DNA of 64,000 nt, from positions 196,724 through 260,723 of the IMG/VR virus record IMGVR_UViG_3300044213_000107. One strand, written 5' to 3'. Shown in pieces: positions 25,336 to 35,956 of this stretch; positions within the stretch are counted from its first letter, which is position 1, and each line of letters starts with the position of its first letter. The notes under the pieces were generated by a model that was not told the DNA's origin, did not search any database, and saw nothing but the letters and a program-made list of their open reading frames with translations. The translations under genes and the position numbers were made by a program.

Positions 25336-27369
25336 TCACTTTTGTATTTTAATGCTGTTATATTCACGCATTAGTCGGCGACCCATTTCCTCAATGGGAT
25401 CAAAACTTTCCATTGGGTTATCACCTTTGGCGGCTGCAAATGGATGTTGTGATTTTTCACGATTTAAATCTGCACCTTGATGAATAATAGTATCTACAGG
25501 TTGATATTCTTCGTGTGGAACATTAGCATATTCTGCTTCTGCTTCGTCAACGTGTTCGTCACCAGAAATAGCAATAATCTCTGGTTCTCCGTGTTCTTCA
25601 TCACCACATGCACATGGTGTTTGTCCACAGACTTCGCAACCGTGATCTTCATGGTCGCTGCCCAACCCCGCCAACTTTAACATTTGTAATAGTTCTGCGG
25701 CTTTTGAACCATTGGCATTTACACTAACGTTCTTTTCACCATCTGTACTCATGTTTGTACTAATACTAATCTTGTCTTCTTCGGGAGTCATGCTTTCATC
25801 AAGATTACTAGTATCTTTGTATTTTTTTCCATCTAGTTCAAATTCATCGCCTTTGTTGGTATCTTTTAACTTTCCAGTAAATGCATTACCTTCGTCTGCG
25901 ACTTCTTCATCTACTTCTTTGCTTGCTAGACTGCTGGTATTAGTATATTGTTTTCCACCAACCTCAAACTCTTCACCTTTGTGAGTATGAGCTAATTTAC
26001 CAGTTAATGCATTACCCTCAGCAGTAACAGAAGCTTCGTCCATGTGTACACCGGCTAACTTTGCTAACTCATTTAGTTCAGCATCCATTGTTGGTTTTGG
26101 TTGTGGACGCAGATTTGCTGAATGACTCATCTTGTCGCTAACATCTGTAACTTGATCCATTGTAACAGGGAAGTTTTGACCTGCTTGCTTGCGGTGTACG
26201 GCAGGGATATCTTCAGGGCGAACTGCATCTTGGAGTTGTTTTTTACCATGGTGGTGTACTTTCAAAAAGGCTTCTAACTTATCACTTAATTGTCCAGTGG
26301 TTTTAAAAGTTTGAATGTCTTTTTGTATTTCACCGAGCATTTCGCTGACATGTCCGTCGGTTTCTTTGACCATGTCGCTGAAGTTGATACCTTCAGTTAA
26401 TTTACCTTCGACTACACCTTTGTTATGTGCTTTCCATGTAGTAGCGTATGCAATTGCTTTATCTTTGTTGCTTAGATGACCATCCTTGCTAAGAGATTTT
26501 TTAATATGTTTAACCATGCGTTCGGCCTTGGCTCCAGGAGGTGCTTTTTCATCAACTTCACCAGGAGTAGGATCTCCATCAGCCATGTGTTCTGTAACAG
26601 ACTTATCTGCTTTTTTAGTTGCTTTAACAACACCAGGTTGGCTACGATCAACATCGTGTCCAGTTTTGCTTGATGATTTTCCAGTTTCTTTTTTCTTTGT
26701 GTCAATTTTATCACTTAGTTCACGACTATGTTTGATCATGTCTTCCCAACTTTCAGACATACTATGATCACATCCGCATTGGCTTTCGTACATGCCGCAT
26801 TCCATGCAGGTTTCTTCTTCCATACTTTCTTTTTTCAAGTACCGGTCTTTGATGCGACCTTTTTCTTCTTCGCCGGCACCTTCACGTCCGGCTTTTTGTA
26901 AGGCTTCAAAACCTTCTTTGCCATACTTCTTAATACCAGTATAGCGTTGTAGACCGTTTTCTTTTACTTGATATTTTTTACCGTCGACTTCAAAACTATC
27001 TCGGTGTTCTGCACGTGCTTTGGCTAGCTCGCCTGAAAACTCGTTACCTTCGCCCATATCACCTTCGCCCATTTTCTTACCCGAAGCTGCAGCTTTTTGG
27101 AATGCTGTCTTACCGTATTTTTTGCGACCGATACTTGCGGCTACTGCGGCAGGATCGTCGGCTCCGCCTTTCTTAGCGGCTTTTTCAACTGCTTTGAAGC
27201 CCATATATTTTTCGTTAAGTGCAGCTTCTACACGGCCAACACCACTGAGAATACTACCACGAGCTTCAACACTTTCGTACACTGGTTGTGTAGGCTTTGT
27301 GGTTTTTGCTGGTGCAGGATTTAAACTGGCCAGCTTGCCTAAAATATCATACATATTGTTGTCGCTCAT
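25336..27369 (-). CDS. acidic 677-aa probable prohead or internal head protein with internal repeats
   Basis: EGNxF/LxG..FExxGKxY three times, two LAG(V/L) motifs, many xxE sites. Confidence 0.65.
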   Translation of the reverse strand: MSDNNMYDILGKLASLNPAPAKTTKPTQPVYESVEARGSILSGVGRVEAALNEKYMGFKAVEKAAKKGGADDPAAVAASIGRKKYGKTAFQKAAASGKKMGEGDMGEGNEFSGELAKARAEHRDSFEVDGKKYQVKENGLQRYTGIKKYGKEGFEALQKAGREGAGEEEKGRIKDRYLKKESMEEETCMECGMYESQCGCDHSMSESWEDMIKHSRELSDKIDTKKKETGKSSSKTGHDVDRSQPGVVKATKKADKSVTEHMADGDPTPGEVDEKAPPGAKAERMVKHIKKSLSKDGHLSNKDKAIAYATTWKAHNKGVVEGKLTEGINFSDMVKETDGHVSEMLGEIQKDIQTFKTTGQLSDKLEAFLKVHHHGKKQLQDAVRPEDIPAVHRKQAGQNFPVTMDQVTDVSDKMSHSANLRPQPKPTMDAELNELAKLAGVHMDEASVTAEGNALTGKLAHTHKGEEFEVGGKQYTNTSSLASKEVDEEVADEGNAFTGKLKDTNKGDEFELDGKKYKDTSNLDESMTPEEDKISISTNMSTDGEKNVSVNANGSKAAELLQMLKLAGLGSDHEDHGCEVCGQTPCACGDEEHGEPEIIAISGDEHVDEAEAEYANVPHEEYQPVDTIIHQGADLNREKSQHPFAAAKGDNPMESFDPIEEMGRRLMREYNSIKIQK

Positions 27370-27971
27370 TATTTCTTTCCTTTAACTGGGCTTGGTATTT
27401 TGTTTTGGTGTGTGCCAACAGGACTTGTGGTTGATACTTTTTCTGCGTTGGTTGTTTTTCCGTATGATGGATCTTTTGCACCACCTATAGTTTTGTCTGA
27501 TCCGGCGATTTCATAATCACGAGCTTGTAATTCTTTTAATAAACTACCAACACGTGCTTGTCCTGCCATTTCTTGGCCACCAGGTGCATCTTCTAATTCA
27601 GGAGTTAATAAAGCCGATTCTGCACGCGATACAGGTTCTGCAGCTTCTCTATTCATGTCATCAAGTTTTGTTCTAACACTAACTAGATTTTTACTAACTT
27701 GTGCTCGTTCGCCAATGATTTGTCTTAATTGTTCTGGTGTAGTAGGATAGCGTAATGCTATCTCATACATAGTAACTTCTGCAGCACCACATTGTGGGAA
27801 TTCTGCGTATTCTTGTATTGGCAATCTTTTGCCTGCACTAATACTTTCAAGTTGATAAGCATCTAATGCATGTTTAATATTGTCTAATCTATCTTTGACA
27901 TCACAAGCAAACTTAACACGAAATTCATATATCTTGTTAGTTTTGCTCAAATAATCCTGAAATGTGTTCAT
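27369..27971 (-). CDS. hypothetical structural protein, 200 aa
   Basis: Upstream TAAATA, GAGG RBS. Confidence 0.8.
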   Translation of the reverse strand: MNTFQDYLSKTNKIYEFRVKFACDVKDRLDNIKHALDAYQLESISAGKRLPIQEYAEFPQCGAAEVTMYEIALRYPTTPEQLRQIIGERAQVSKNLVSVRTKLDDMNREAAEPVSRAESALLTPELEDAPGGQEMAGQARVGSLLKELQARDYEIAGSDKTIGGAKDPSYGKTTNAEKVSTTSPVGTHQNKIPSPVKGKK

Positions 27972-27989
27972 TATTCAGCCCTCTATGCT

Positions 27990-28493
27990 TTATTTACCAC
28001 TTTTGCCTTTGTTTAGTATCTCAGCTAACAATGCATTACGATCTAAAATTATACCTTGTCCGTCAACTGCTTCTTCCTCAGGAGCAGTTGTTTTTTTATC
28101 TTTTTCAATTTGATGATCTAGTCTTGCTTTTTGTAACTGCAGGCTTATCATGCGCAATTTTTTATCCATCTTGGCTGTTTTAGCAGTTATAGCATGTCCC
28201 AGTAATGTCCCAGCAGTCTGCATAATTACCCCACCAAATCTTGGATCAACGTTCATTCCGAGATCAAGCAGGTCTTCTGCTTTGGTTTTAGCTAACTGGG
28301 CCAATTCATCTAATTCAGCATCGCCAGCTTCAAGATCTCGTACCAATGGTAAACTAGCATCTATTTTATCAATTGCAAGATTTACTTCATCAATTATATC
28401 TTTATTTTGTTGTGCAACTTCCACTGCTTCTGTAACAGTCATTGTTGCACTTATCTCAGGAAGATCAAATAAGTTTTCAAGTTTTTTAGTCAT
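27990..28493 (-). CDS. putative terminase small subunit (gp16-like)
   Basis: Size and helical pattern with a central DPR..V..TL resemble T4 gp16. Confidence 0.45.
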   Translation of the reverse strand: MTKKLENLFDLPEISATMTVTEAVEVAQQNKDIIDEVNLAIDKIDASLPLVRDLEAGDAELDELAQLAKTKAEDLLDLGMNVDPRFGGVIMQTAGTLLGHAITAKTAKMDKKLRMISLQLQKARLDHQIEKDKKTTAPEEEAVDGQGIILDRNALLAEILNKGKSGK

Positions 28494-28501
28494 ATCCGTA
28501 T

Positions 28502-28936
28502 TTAGCGGCCAGTACCTTGATGGAAAATATCATCTTCGCTGACAATTCTAAATACAAGACCTTGATTTCGACACCAAGCTCTGGCTGCTTCCCATTTGGC
28601 CATATTAAGTACAACTGCAGCCTGGTCCCTGACCGATTTGGCATTTTCAAGTGTAATTTCTTTTTTGGGTTTTATCTCAATTACTTCTGCGTGTTTAGTA
28701 CCCGACTTATCAACATATACAATTAAAAAATCCGGTACATATATTGTGGCTTTACCTGTTAATGGATTACGATAGTTTACATGCACCGCTTCACTGGCCC
28801 ACTGTAGTATAGCAGGATTGTTATCACAAAATTGCATAAACACAAATTCCCAACTACTACGGTATGTAGGAGTTTTGTTGCCTACATACTTTTCCGGGAA
28901 TTTCATTTGGAATTTGCCTTGGGCGTATTTACTCAT
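28502..28936 (-). CDS. head completion nuclease (T4 gp4-like)
   Basis: PEKYVG, YRSSWE, YVPDF, IEIKPKK, NMAKWEAA. Confidence 0.9.
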   Translation of the reverse strand: MSKYAQGKFQMKFPEKYVGNKTPTYRSSWEFVFMQFCDNNPAILQWASEAVHVNYRNPLTGKATIYVPDFLIVYVDKSGTKHAEVIEIKPKKEITLENAKSVRDQAAVVLNMAKWEAARAWCRNQGLVFRIVSEDDIFHQGTGR

Positions 28937-29319
28937 GGTAATATTGATCGATATACGTATTTGTTTGCAAGTGGTGCATTTGTTATACCTAAATAACTTG
29001 TACCAACACGCTCAAAATTTAAAAACATAACTAGATAATTGTTTAATTGACCTTGTGGTAGATTTTTAAATTCCATTAATACTGTCATTGGGTCCAGGCC
29101 TTTTGTGGCCGCGGTATATATAACTGCACTTGCTAGTGCACGAGCAGCATCTTTGTTTTCTGCTACTTGTTCAAAATAACTAATGATCGCCCCATCAATA
29201 TCCGGCCCGACTGTAATTTTTTGTTGAAAATAGTTATTAAAATATTTGTTTGCATTAACCGTAGGTGTTGTATTATTAACATTAACTGCGGAGTAATTTG
29301 TAGGGTATTGTACTGCCAT
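28933..29319 (-). CDS. hypothetical structural protein, 128 aa
   Basis: Within the tail operon. Confidence 0.8.
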   Translation of the reverse strand: MAVQYPTNYSAVNVNNTTPTVNANKYFNNYFQQKITVGPDIDGAIISYFEQVAENKDAARALASAVIYTAATKGLDPMTVLMEFKNLPQGQLNNYLVMFLNFERVGTSYLGITNAPLANKYVYRSILP

Positions 29320-29332
29320 TTTGTATTATAAG

Positions 29333-30820
29333 TTATTCTGGTGCAGCATTTTGATCTTGGCTATTTCCAGCCGCTTGATTTAATTGACCAGATTGTGTGT
29401 CTGTATTTTCTGCTGCGGCTGCGTCTGCTGCGGCCTGGGCTGCGGCAGCTTGATCTTGATTGTATGCATCTAATACTGCCTGTTGATTTTCTTCAGCAGT
29501 TGCAGCAGTTGGATAATTGCTTTCGGCATTCGCTAATGCTTGTTCAGCATCAGTTTGTGTAGGTAAGTTTGTTGTACCAGTGACTGCACCAGATTTATCA
29601 ATTGTAGTTAATTTGCCAAGACTTGATGCTTTACGTAATACACCTGTTGTTATTGCTGCGGTAATTGCTACACCTGCTGCACCTGTTGGTGCAGCTAATG
29701 CGCCAATAGATAAACCTGCAGCAGCTAACGCTCCACCAACTGCAGATCCATTGGTTGTAATACCGCCTGTTGCAATAGGACTATTAACTGTCGGCAATCC
29801 AAACGCTGGAGTTCCTGCTAGATTTCCAGAGTTAGGAACAAACACAGTATTAAGCGGATTATTACCAGAAATAATATTGCGCCCTAGCGCAGCAAGACTA
29901 CCTGCTGCAATAGTTGTTAAATTTGTATTTTTTAATATTGTTCCGGCGTTTATTGCTTTTAATCCTGCGGCCAGATAATTTTGATTATCGAGATCGTCGG
30001 TTATTTCTGTAGCAGATTGTACCAGTCCGCCAGGGCCAAATAAACTAGCAGTTCCACCGCCTAGAGGACTTAGTGGACTTGGTGTTTTATCATAATATGT
30101 TGTAGCAAAGCCATCGACTGCAGGACCAACTGTTCCTCTACCGTATAGCACACCTTCGTAGGCGATAGTCATTGAGTGTTCTAGTGTACCAGTTCCATTG
30201 CTGCTGTTATGCGTGCCATGTCTAAATGAAGTTATATACGGATTAACCAGTATGTATTCGGTAAAAGACTTTTGATGCAGACTATATATTTTTATAGCCT
30301 TGATAATATTAACGCCGCCGGGATTATCTGTGGAACCACTTGGTTGATAGCCAAATTGATTTAATTGGCCAGATCTGTCTCCGTATTTGGTCGAGGTATA
30401 GTATGTAGGATTAGGACTACCATTTTGTTGACCAATATCTGCGTCTCTATAATAATATCTATAATACAAGTTCCAGAAATTTAAAACACTTTCTGCAGAG
30501 TCATCGTGAAAAGTAATATTAACTGGGTCATATTTTATTTTTGATTGTATTACCGTTGGACGATTATAACTATTCATAGTTTTTGCTTCAACTGTGAATT
30601 TAGGCAAATCTATATTTTTAACCATTAACCCAGTTACTAATGCATCATCAGCGGCCAATCCGTAGTGTGTATCTAAACTAAAACTAACGTGATATAACCA
30701 AGCAGATTTAGGCGAATGTTCATAGTTATTACCAACATACAATCTAGAAGCATGTTGATAATCGTGAATACCACTGTGTGTAGTAAATCCTTGTAACAGT
30801 AAATCTGCAACTGAAGCCAT
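29333..30820 (-). CDS. tail tube-like / baseplate tube initiator protein
   Basis: IDLPKF...YDPVNITFHDD tube-fold signature; adjacent to the tube gene. Confidence 0.65.
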   Translation of the reverse strand: MASVADLLLQGFTTHSGIHDYQHASRLYVGNNYEHSPKSAWLYHVSFSLDTHYGLAADDALVTGLMVKNIDLPKFTVEAKTMNSYNRPTVIQSKIKYDPVNITFHDDSAESVLNFWNLYYRYYYRDADIGQQNGSPNPTYYTSTKYGDRSGQLNQFGYQPSGSTDNPGGVNIIKAIKIYSLHQKSFTEYILVNPYITSFRHGTHNSSNGTGTLEHSMTIAYEGVLYGRGTVGPAVDGFATTYYDKTPSPLSPLGGGTASLFGPGGLVQSATEITDDLDNQNYLAAGLKAINAGTILKNTNLTTIAAGSLAALGRNIISGNNPLNTVFVPNSGNLAGTPAFGLPTVNSPIATGGITTNGSAVGGALAAAGLSIGALAAPTGAAGVAITAAITTGVLRKASSLGKLTTIDKSGAVTGTTNLPTQTDAEQALANAESNYPTAATAEENQQAVLDAYNQDQAAAAQAAADAAAAENTDTQSGQLNQAAGNSQDQNAAPE

Positions 30821-30853
30821 TTATTATAAAACCTTATAATATTATTTATTCGT

Positions 30854-30882
30854 AAAAAAACCGGACTTTGAAGTCCGGTTTA
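30854..30882 (-). terminator. intrinsic terminator
   Basis: AAACCGGACT-TCAA-AGTCCGGTTT plus U-tract. Confidence 0.85.
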
Positions 30883-30900
30883 GTATTTGTTGTATAACTA

Positions 30901-31536
30901 TTAGCCCGATACACTTTGACCCAAAGTTCTTTGGATAGCAGTACCAACACCAACTGCACCACCGCCAGGACCTGCAGTCTGTTCAGCATTATCAAACTTA
31001 ATTGTTAATGCAACTGTTGCTGGCTCGCTGGTAGCATAGTTCATTTCGCCCCAGTTTACTTCTTGGATGAAACAACCATATAGTTCCCAAGTTTCTAAAG
31101 TATTAGCTGCATTAGCACCATTACCACCATCGAGCATTTCAAAAGTTAAACCAAACTTATAGTCAATGCCAGAAGCTGCACTAGATTGTTCTGCAAAATC
31201 AAATTGCTTTTGAATTTGTTCGCCAACTAAATTACTAATGTTATTGTTTACATCGTCGCGTAAATTAACTGTAACTGCTTGCCATTCCGGTTTGCCAATT
31301 AAATTAATTTTACTATTGTAGATATCAATAACAAAAGGATTAAAGTTAATATTAGGACGAGTAATATCTACTACCTGTTTAGTTAACTCCATCACGTTAG
31401 TTGTGTTAACTCCAAATCCATTGAATGTTGCTCTAAAACGATATTTTAATTTTGGCATTAACAGACCTTGGCTAGAAGCACTTTGTCCGCCTCCCCCTAA
31501 TGGTACTGTAATATTTCTTAATGATGCTGATGCCAT
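30901..31536 (-). CDS. tail tube protein (gp19-like)
   Basis: PKLKYRF, GKPEWQAVTVNLRDD, TWELYGCF, TIKFDNA. Confidence 0.88.
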   Translation of the reverse strand: MASASLRNITVPLGGGGQSASSQGLLMPKLKYRFRATFNGFGVNTTNVMELTKQVVDITRPNINFNPFVIDIYNSKINLIGKPEWQAVTVNLRDDVNNNISNLVGEQIQKQFDFAEQSSAASGIDYKFGLTFEMLDGGNGANAANTLETWELYGCFIQEVNWGEMNYATSEPATVALTIKFDNAEQTAGPGGGAVGVGTAIQRTLGQSVSG

Positions 31537-31616
31537 TTTATTCTCCTGATACTGTATTTAGTATTTTTATTATGGGACTAATGGGCAGCATCACCGCCCA
31601 TTAAGTACCTATATTA

Positions 31617-34600
31617 TTATATACCTGCTTTGATATCGCCTGGATTCTTCAAGCGAATTGGAATGTAAATAAACTCAACCGATTTCATTGGTTCGATAGC
31701 AATATCGACCCAAAGTTCGTTACGTTCAATACGTGTTGGTGTGTTGTTTGAATCATCACAGATAACAACATAATCGTAAATACCACGTTTAGCAATCAAG
31801 TCATTAATAGCACCATTGATGATACTTCTGATTTGATTACGTGTGATCTTGTCATTTGGTTCAAACAAGAACGCATCGCCTACACGTGCTAGGATAGTAC
31901 GAATATAATTAACTAAACGTGCTACATTTACACGATCCAAACTTGTTGCAGTTGGGTTACGAGTAATTTGTCCCCAGACAACCAATCCAATGCCAGGAAT
32001 CTGTGCAATAGGATTAATCTTGTTAGAATATAACAAATCACGTGTTCCTTGGTTAACCCCGTTTAGAGTAAACTCTTCGGTTGTACTGTTGATATAACCA
32101 AGATTTGTTGCATTATCTACTAAACCACGGCGTGTACCAGCTGGTGCAAACCACTGATAACTTACATTGTCATTATGTATAAATGTGCGCAATGCTACAT
32201 GGCTTGGAGGAACAACAATTGTGTTGCCAGACAAGTCTACAGTTTCTGCACTTGGATAGTATACGCCCAAGTATGGGTCAGCAGTTGCCAATCCATCACC
32301 ATTTGTATTATTACTCCACTCACTGATACTTACCGCATCAGGTGCTAAACGGAATGGTGTATCACCAATAACGAATGCAGTATTGGCACGATCGTTATTT
32401 AATGCCACCATTTCTGGAATCAATTCTGGATATCCAGGAGCAACAATCAAATTAAACTGATATTGTTCTTCACGAACTGTTGTGTTTGTACTTACTGCTG
32501 CAGCCAATGCTTTAACAACCATATTGCGTTGTGCTTTACGACCTGCCCACATAGCACCGTTGTCTTGCAATCCACTAGCAGATACCCACGCATCAGTTAC
32601 CGTTGGCAAAGATATATTAGGATAACTTTCAGCATTAAAATAATCGCTGTGGAATTTCTTAATATTATATCCGCTGCGGCGTGTGTTAAACAACAATGTA
32701 CCACGTGGATACAATCTTGCATCTGGTGCATCTAAATCCAAATAATTGCTAAACAACAATCCTGTTGCGCCATCACTGATAGTTGGCAATGCATCGTTAA
32801 TAACATCAGCAGTACCAGCGGTATCCCAACGTGCATCAGCAAATACAATACCGTTTTGTGTAATTTGGTCTGTGTTATCTATAGCAACCCAAGCTTTGCC
32901 ATTGTAACGACTTAGTTTTGGCCAATTTTCTAGATCGCTAGTATCTAACCAAATATCTCCTGCAGCAACTGCAGTTAACCCATCACTATGATATTTAGGT
33001 GCTGCACCGGCACTTGCAATAACACCCATTGGATCTGTTTCTGTTAAATTGTATCCGCGTGCATCGCTAGATACATTTTGGTAACCTTTCCAACCGTTAT
33101 CATTGATCATAATATCAACATCTAGTGCAGATCCATAATACCATACTGTCCCATCTGCAGGGTTTGTATGTGGTTCTTTATCACTAACGGTATAAGTTAA
33201 ATTAGACCAGTTAGAAATTCTATAGTAAGGTGTTGTAACCGTTAAGTTAGCTATCGGATTTGTTCTAGAAGCTCCATTTGGGAACAACGAACTACCAGCT
33301 GCAGTTCCACTTCCGTTGTCTATTAATAAAATCTCTCCGCCTGCAGTATGTGTATACACAATAGCCCCAGAAGCCGAAATATCTATATTAAAATTAGGTA
33401 TTGATAAATTTTTAAGTCCAATAACAAAATTTGTAACGCTAACATTATTTGTGCCTACACTACCCGGAACCGTGTATGTGTAAACAGAAGGTAGTGCTTG
33501 CGCCGGTTGACTTACTTTAATGGTGATTACATCTCCGCCATTGAATACTGTTGCAGCATTTGTTGGTGCACGGCCTGTTACAACTGTTTTGCCAACTGCA
33601 GTTCTTACTTTTGGTGTAAGTCCACTTGACAAATTGCCATAATTAGGATTTGTTTTTAAGAATATTGTTCCTGCCGGAATACCTAAACCACCGTTAATCG
33701 GGTCTAATCCATAATCTGCAGACGTTTCGCTGTCATATACTGGGGCAGGAACTAAATTCCATGTGTTAGATGATGCATTGTATTTTTTCAAAACAATATT
33801 AAGACCATTACCGGTTGCACTTGTTTTTAAGAACACCGATCCAGATGGTCTTGGCACAGAATCCGAACTTCTCCAACTTGGTATCTGTGCAAATGTACCT
33901 TCTGTATAAGTACAACAAAAATACGTTGTTCCGCTAGTAAGTCCTAATGTACCTAGTGGCGAAGTATTTTGTGCTCCAGAGCCTTGGCGAACATTATCGA
34001 CAATATATATTCCGCCATCTACTATATAACCTGTAGATGAACCAGTAGCGTCAATTAATATCATATTTGATCCGCCTAATGCGGTACTTAAGGTAATGTG
34101 AGTACTATCAACAATACTTGTTACATAATATGGTGTTCCGGTAGCAACACCGCTAGAAATTGTTGAACTAGCCAAATTACCAATAGCACCATTAATATAC
34201 AATTTTGTACCTACAGACAAGTTACTAGTTGATGACACAGTTACATTATTTGTACCTTGCTGTGTAGCAGTAATACTAATACGTGCAGCTGAATTTCCTG
34301 CTCCACTTATTGAATTTCTATTAGAATAAAATTCTATTGATTTTCCATCACTGCTTAATGAAGCTATGATACCTGCTGCACTTAACGCACTAGCATATGT
34401 ATTAATTTTTGATGCTATTCCAGCTATATTTACATTGTTAGCGGTATCACCTAGTACAACATTAATACCATTAACAAGAATACTACATGCAGGATTATTA
34501 TTTGCAGAATAAAAAATTGGTTGATTTGCAGCAAAAGAGTTTGTAGATGCTGCTGGACTAGATTGTTCCCATGCTAATGATTCTACTGAGACCCATGCGC

Positions 34601-35237
34601 CAAAATTATTTTTATGATAAATCAATGCTGAACTATTTGGATTTAAAGTTGCACTTTCAGCAAATACTACTGCATAATCGCCTAATGCACCAACTGTAGA
34701 AATTGGATACCATGTGCCAAATTGATATGTTAATAATGCAGGATCTGTAATTATAATTGGTGTTTGCAGATTAAATTGTCCCGCAACCGCATCCCATTCG
34801 TAAATACCCCAATTAGAATCGGCAGTATCTAACCATACGATTCCGTCTGCTACTGTACCTGTTGGACGAACTGCAGTCGGTGTTAATTCATTAAGATCAA
34901 TATCTGCACGAATTGCATATAACAAATTGCTTTGGCCAAGAGCACTGTACGCAGCAATTAAACCATACTCGTTTCTTTCGTCGCCGTGTAAAGGTGTTCC
35001 TGCTGCGCTTTGTTCAAACGTTGGGTATCCCATTGCAGTAATAAGATCTCGTTGACTTGTGAAACTTAATAGTTTACCGGCGGTTGCTTGAGTGGTGTCT
35101 GAAGCCAATGCGCCAGCGGGATTTGTTTTGTCTTGAGCGGTTGCCAACAATACTAAAGCTGTTGTGCCCACTGCGCCTGGTACATACTGGCTTTCGTCAG
35201 TAATTGTAATTTGTGAACCTGGTGATACTAATGCCAT
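31617..35237 (-). CDS. tail sheath protein (gp18-like) with large insertions
   Basis: MALVSPG..I...DES; WFAPAGTRRG; RVNVARL; FEPND; C-terminal EFIYI. Confidence 0.93.
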   Translation of the reverse strand: MALVSPGSQITITDESQYVPGAVGTTALVLLATAQDKTNPAGALASDTTQATAGKLLSFTSQRDLITAMGYPTFEQSAAGTPLHGDERNEYGLIAAYSALGQSNLLYAIRADIDLNELTPTAVRPTGTVADGIVWLDTADSNWGIYEWDAVAGQFNLQTPIIITDPALLTYQFGTWYPISTVGALGDYAVVFAESATLNPNSSALIYHKNNFGAWVSVESLAWEQSSPAASTNSFAANQPIFYSANNNPACSILVNGINVVLGDTANNVNIAGIASKINTYASALSAAGIIASLSSDGKSIEFYSNRNSISGAGNSAARISITATQQGTNNVTVSSTSNLSVGTKLYINGAIGNLASSTISSGVATGTPYYVTSIVDSTHITLSTALGGSNMILIDATGSSTGYIVDGGIYIVDNVRQGSGAQNTSPLGTLGLTSGTTYFCCTYTEGTFAQIPSWRSSDSVPRPSGSVFLKTSATGNGLNIVLKKYNASSNTWNLVPAPVYDSETSADYGLDPINGGLGIPAGTIFLKTNPNYGNLSSGLTPKVRTAVGKTVVTGRAPTNAATVFNGGDVITIKVSQPAQALPSVYTYTVPGSVGTNNVSVTNFVIGLKNLSIPNFNIDISASGAIVYTHTAGGEILLIDNGSGTAAGSSLFPNGASRTNPIANLTVTTPYYRISNWSNLTYTVSDKEPHTNPADGTVWYYGSALDVDIMINDNGWKGYQNVSSDARGYNLTETDPMGVIASAGAAPKYHSDGLTAVAAGDIWLDTSDLENWPKLSRYNGKAWVAIDNTDQITQNGIVFADARWDTAGTADVINDALPTISDGATGLLFSNYLDLDAPDARLYPRGTLLFNTRRSGYNIKKFHSDYFNAESYPNISLPTVTDAWVSASGLQDNGAMWAGRKAQRNMVVKALAAAVSTNTTVREEQYQFNLIVAPGYPELIPEMVALNNDRANTAFVIGDTPFRLAPDAVSISEWSNNTNGDGLATADPYLGVYYPSAETVDLSGNTIVVPPSHVALRTFIHNDNVSYQWFAPAGTRRGLVDNATNLGYINSTTEEFTLNGVNQGTRDLLYSNKINPIAQIPGIGLVVWGQITRNPTATSLDRVNVARLVNYIRTILARVGDAFLFEPNDKITRNQIRSIINGAINDLIAKRGIYDYVVICDDSNNTPTRIERNELWVDIAIEPMKSVEFIYIPIRLKNPGDIKAGI

Positions 35238-35335
35238 TTTGTGATTCCTTTATAATACACTTTAACATATTTAGTTATATATAACTTTTTTTGGTTATTA
35301 GAGGTGCCTTTAAGAAAACCTTTATAAATATTTTT

Positions 35336-35956
35336 ATGAAAAAATACGCTGGATTTGTATACGAAACAACAAATGTCATAACAGGTATGAAATATATCGG
35401 GAGTTATATTGGCTTAGATACTGATATTTGTTTTGGTAATAGTAGATCTATAGAAAAAGATATTAAAAAATACGGGATAGAAAACTTTTCAAGAAGTATA
35501 TTAGAATATGTAAAATCAATTAATGTTCTAGCTGAAGCCGAGTCTGCGTGGCTTAAAAGCGTAAATGCTAAATCTAACCCAATGTATTTTAATCGCAGCA
35601 ATAAATCTTCGCAAAGAGAAGTTTGCGGTGCATGTAATACAAATCTAGTAGCAGTAAATTATGTCACTGCAAATAGAACATATTATAGAAAACTATGTTC
35701 AAGTTGTATTCGTAAAGGTAAAAAAATAAAACTCTCAGCACCTGCTTGGTTTAAGGCGGGATATAGGAAACGTGACAAATGTGAAAATTGTGGCTTCAAA
35801 GGCAAACACCTTGAACAACTTAGGGTGTTCTATATAGATGGCGATAAAGAAAACAATAACGCTTACAATTTAAGAACAATATGCTTAAACTGTCAAGTTG
35901 ATGCAGTTAAAAGTAAAACTCGTTGGTTACCTGCCGAAATTATAGCAGATTTTTAA
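35336..35956 (+). CDS. GIY-YIG domain fused to a Zn-finger/HNH-like domain
   Basis: GFVYETTN...KYIGS; CENCGF..IDGDKENNNAYNLRTICLNC; TATAAATA-N5-ATG start. Confidence 0.7.
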   Translation: MKKYAGFVYETTNVITGMKYIGSYIGLDTDICFGNSRSIEKDIKKYGIENFSRSILEYVKSINVLAEAESAWLKSVNAKSNPMYFNRSNKSSQREVCGACNTNLVAVNYVTANRTYYRKLCSSCIRKGKKIKLSAPAWFKAGYRKRDKCENCGFKGKHLEQLRVFYIDGDKENNNAYNLRTICLNCQVDAVKSKTRWLPAEIIADF

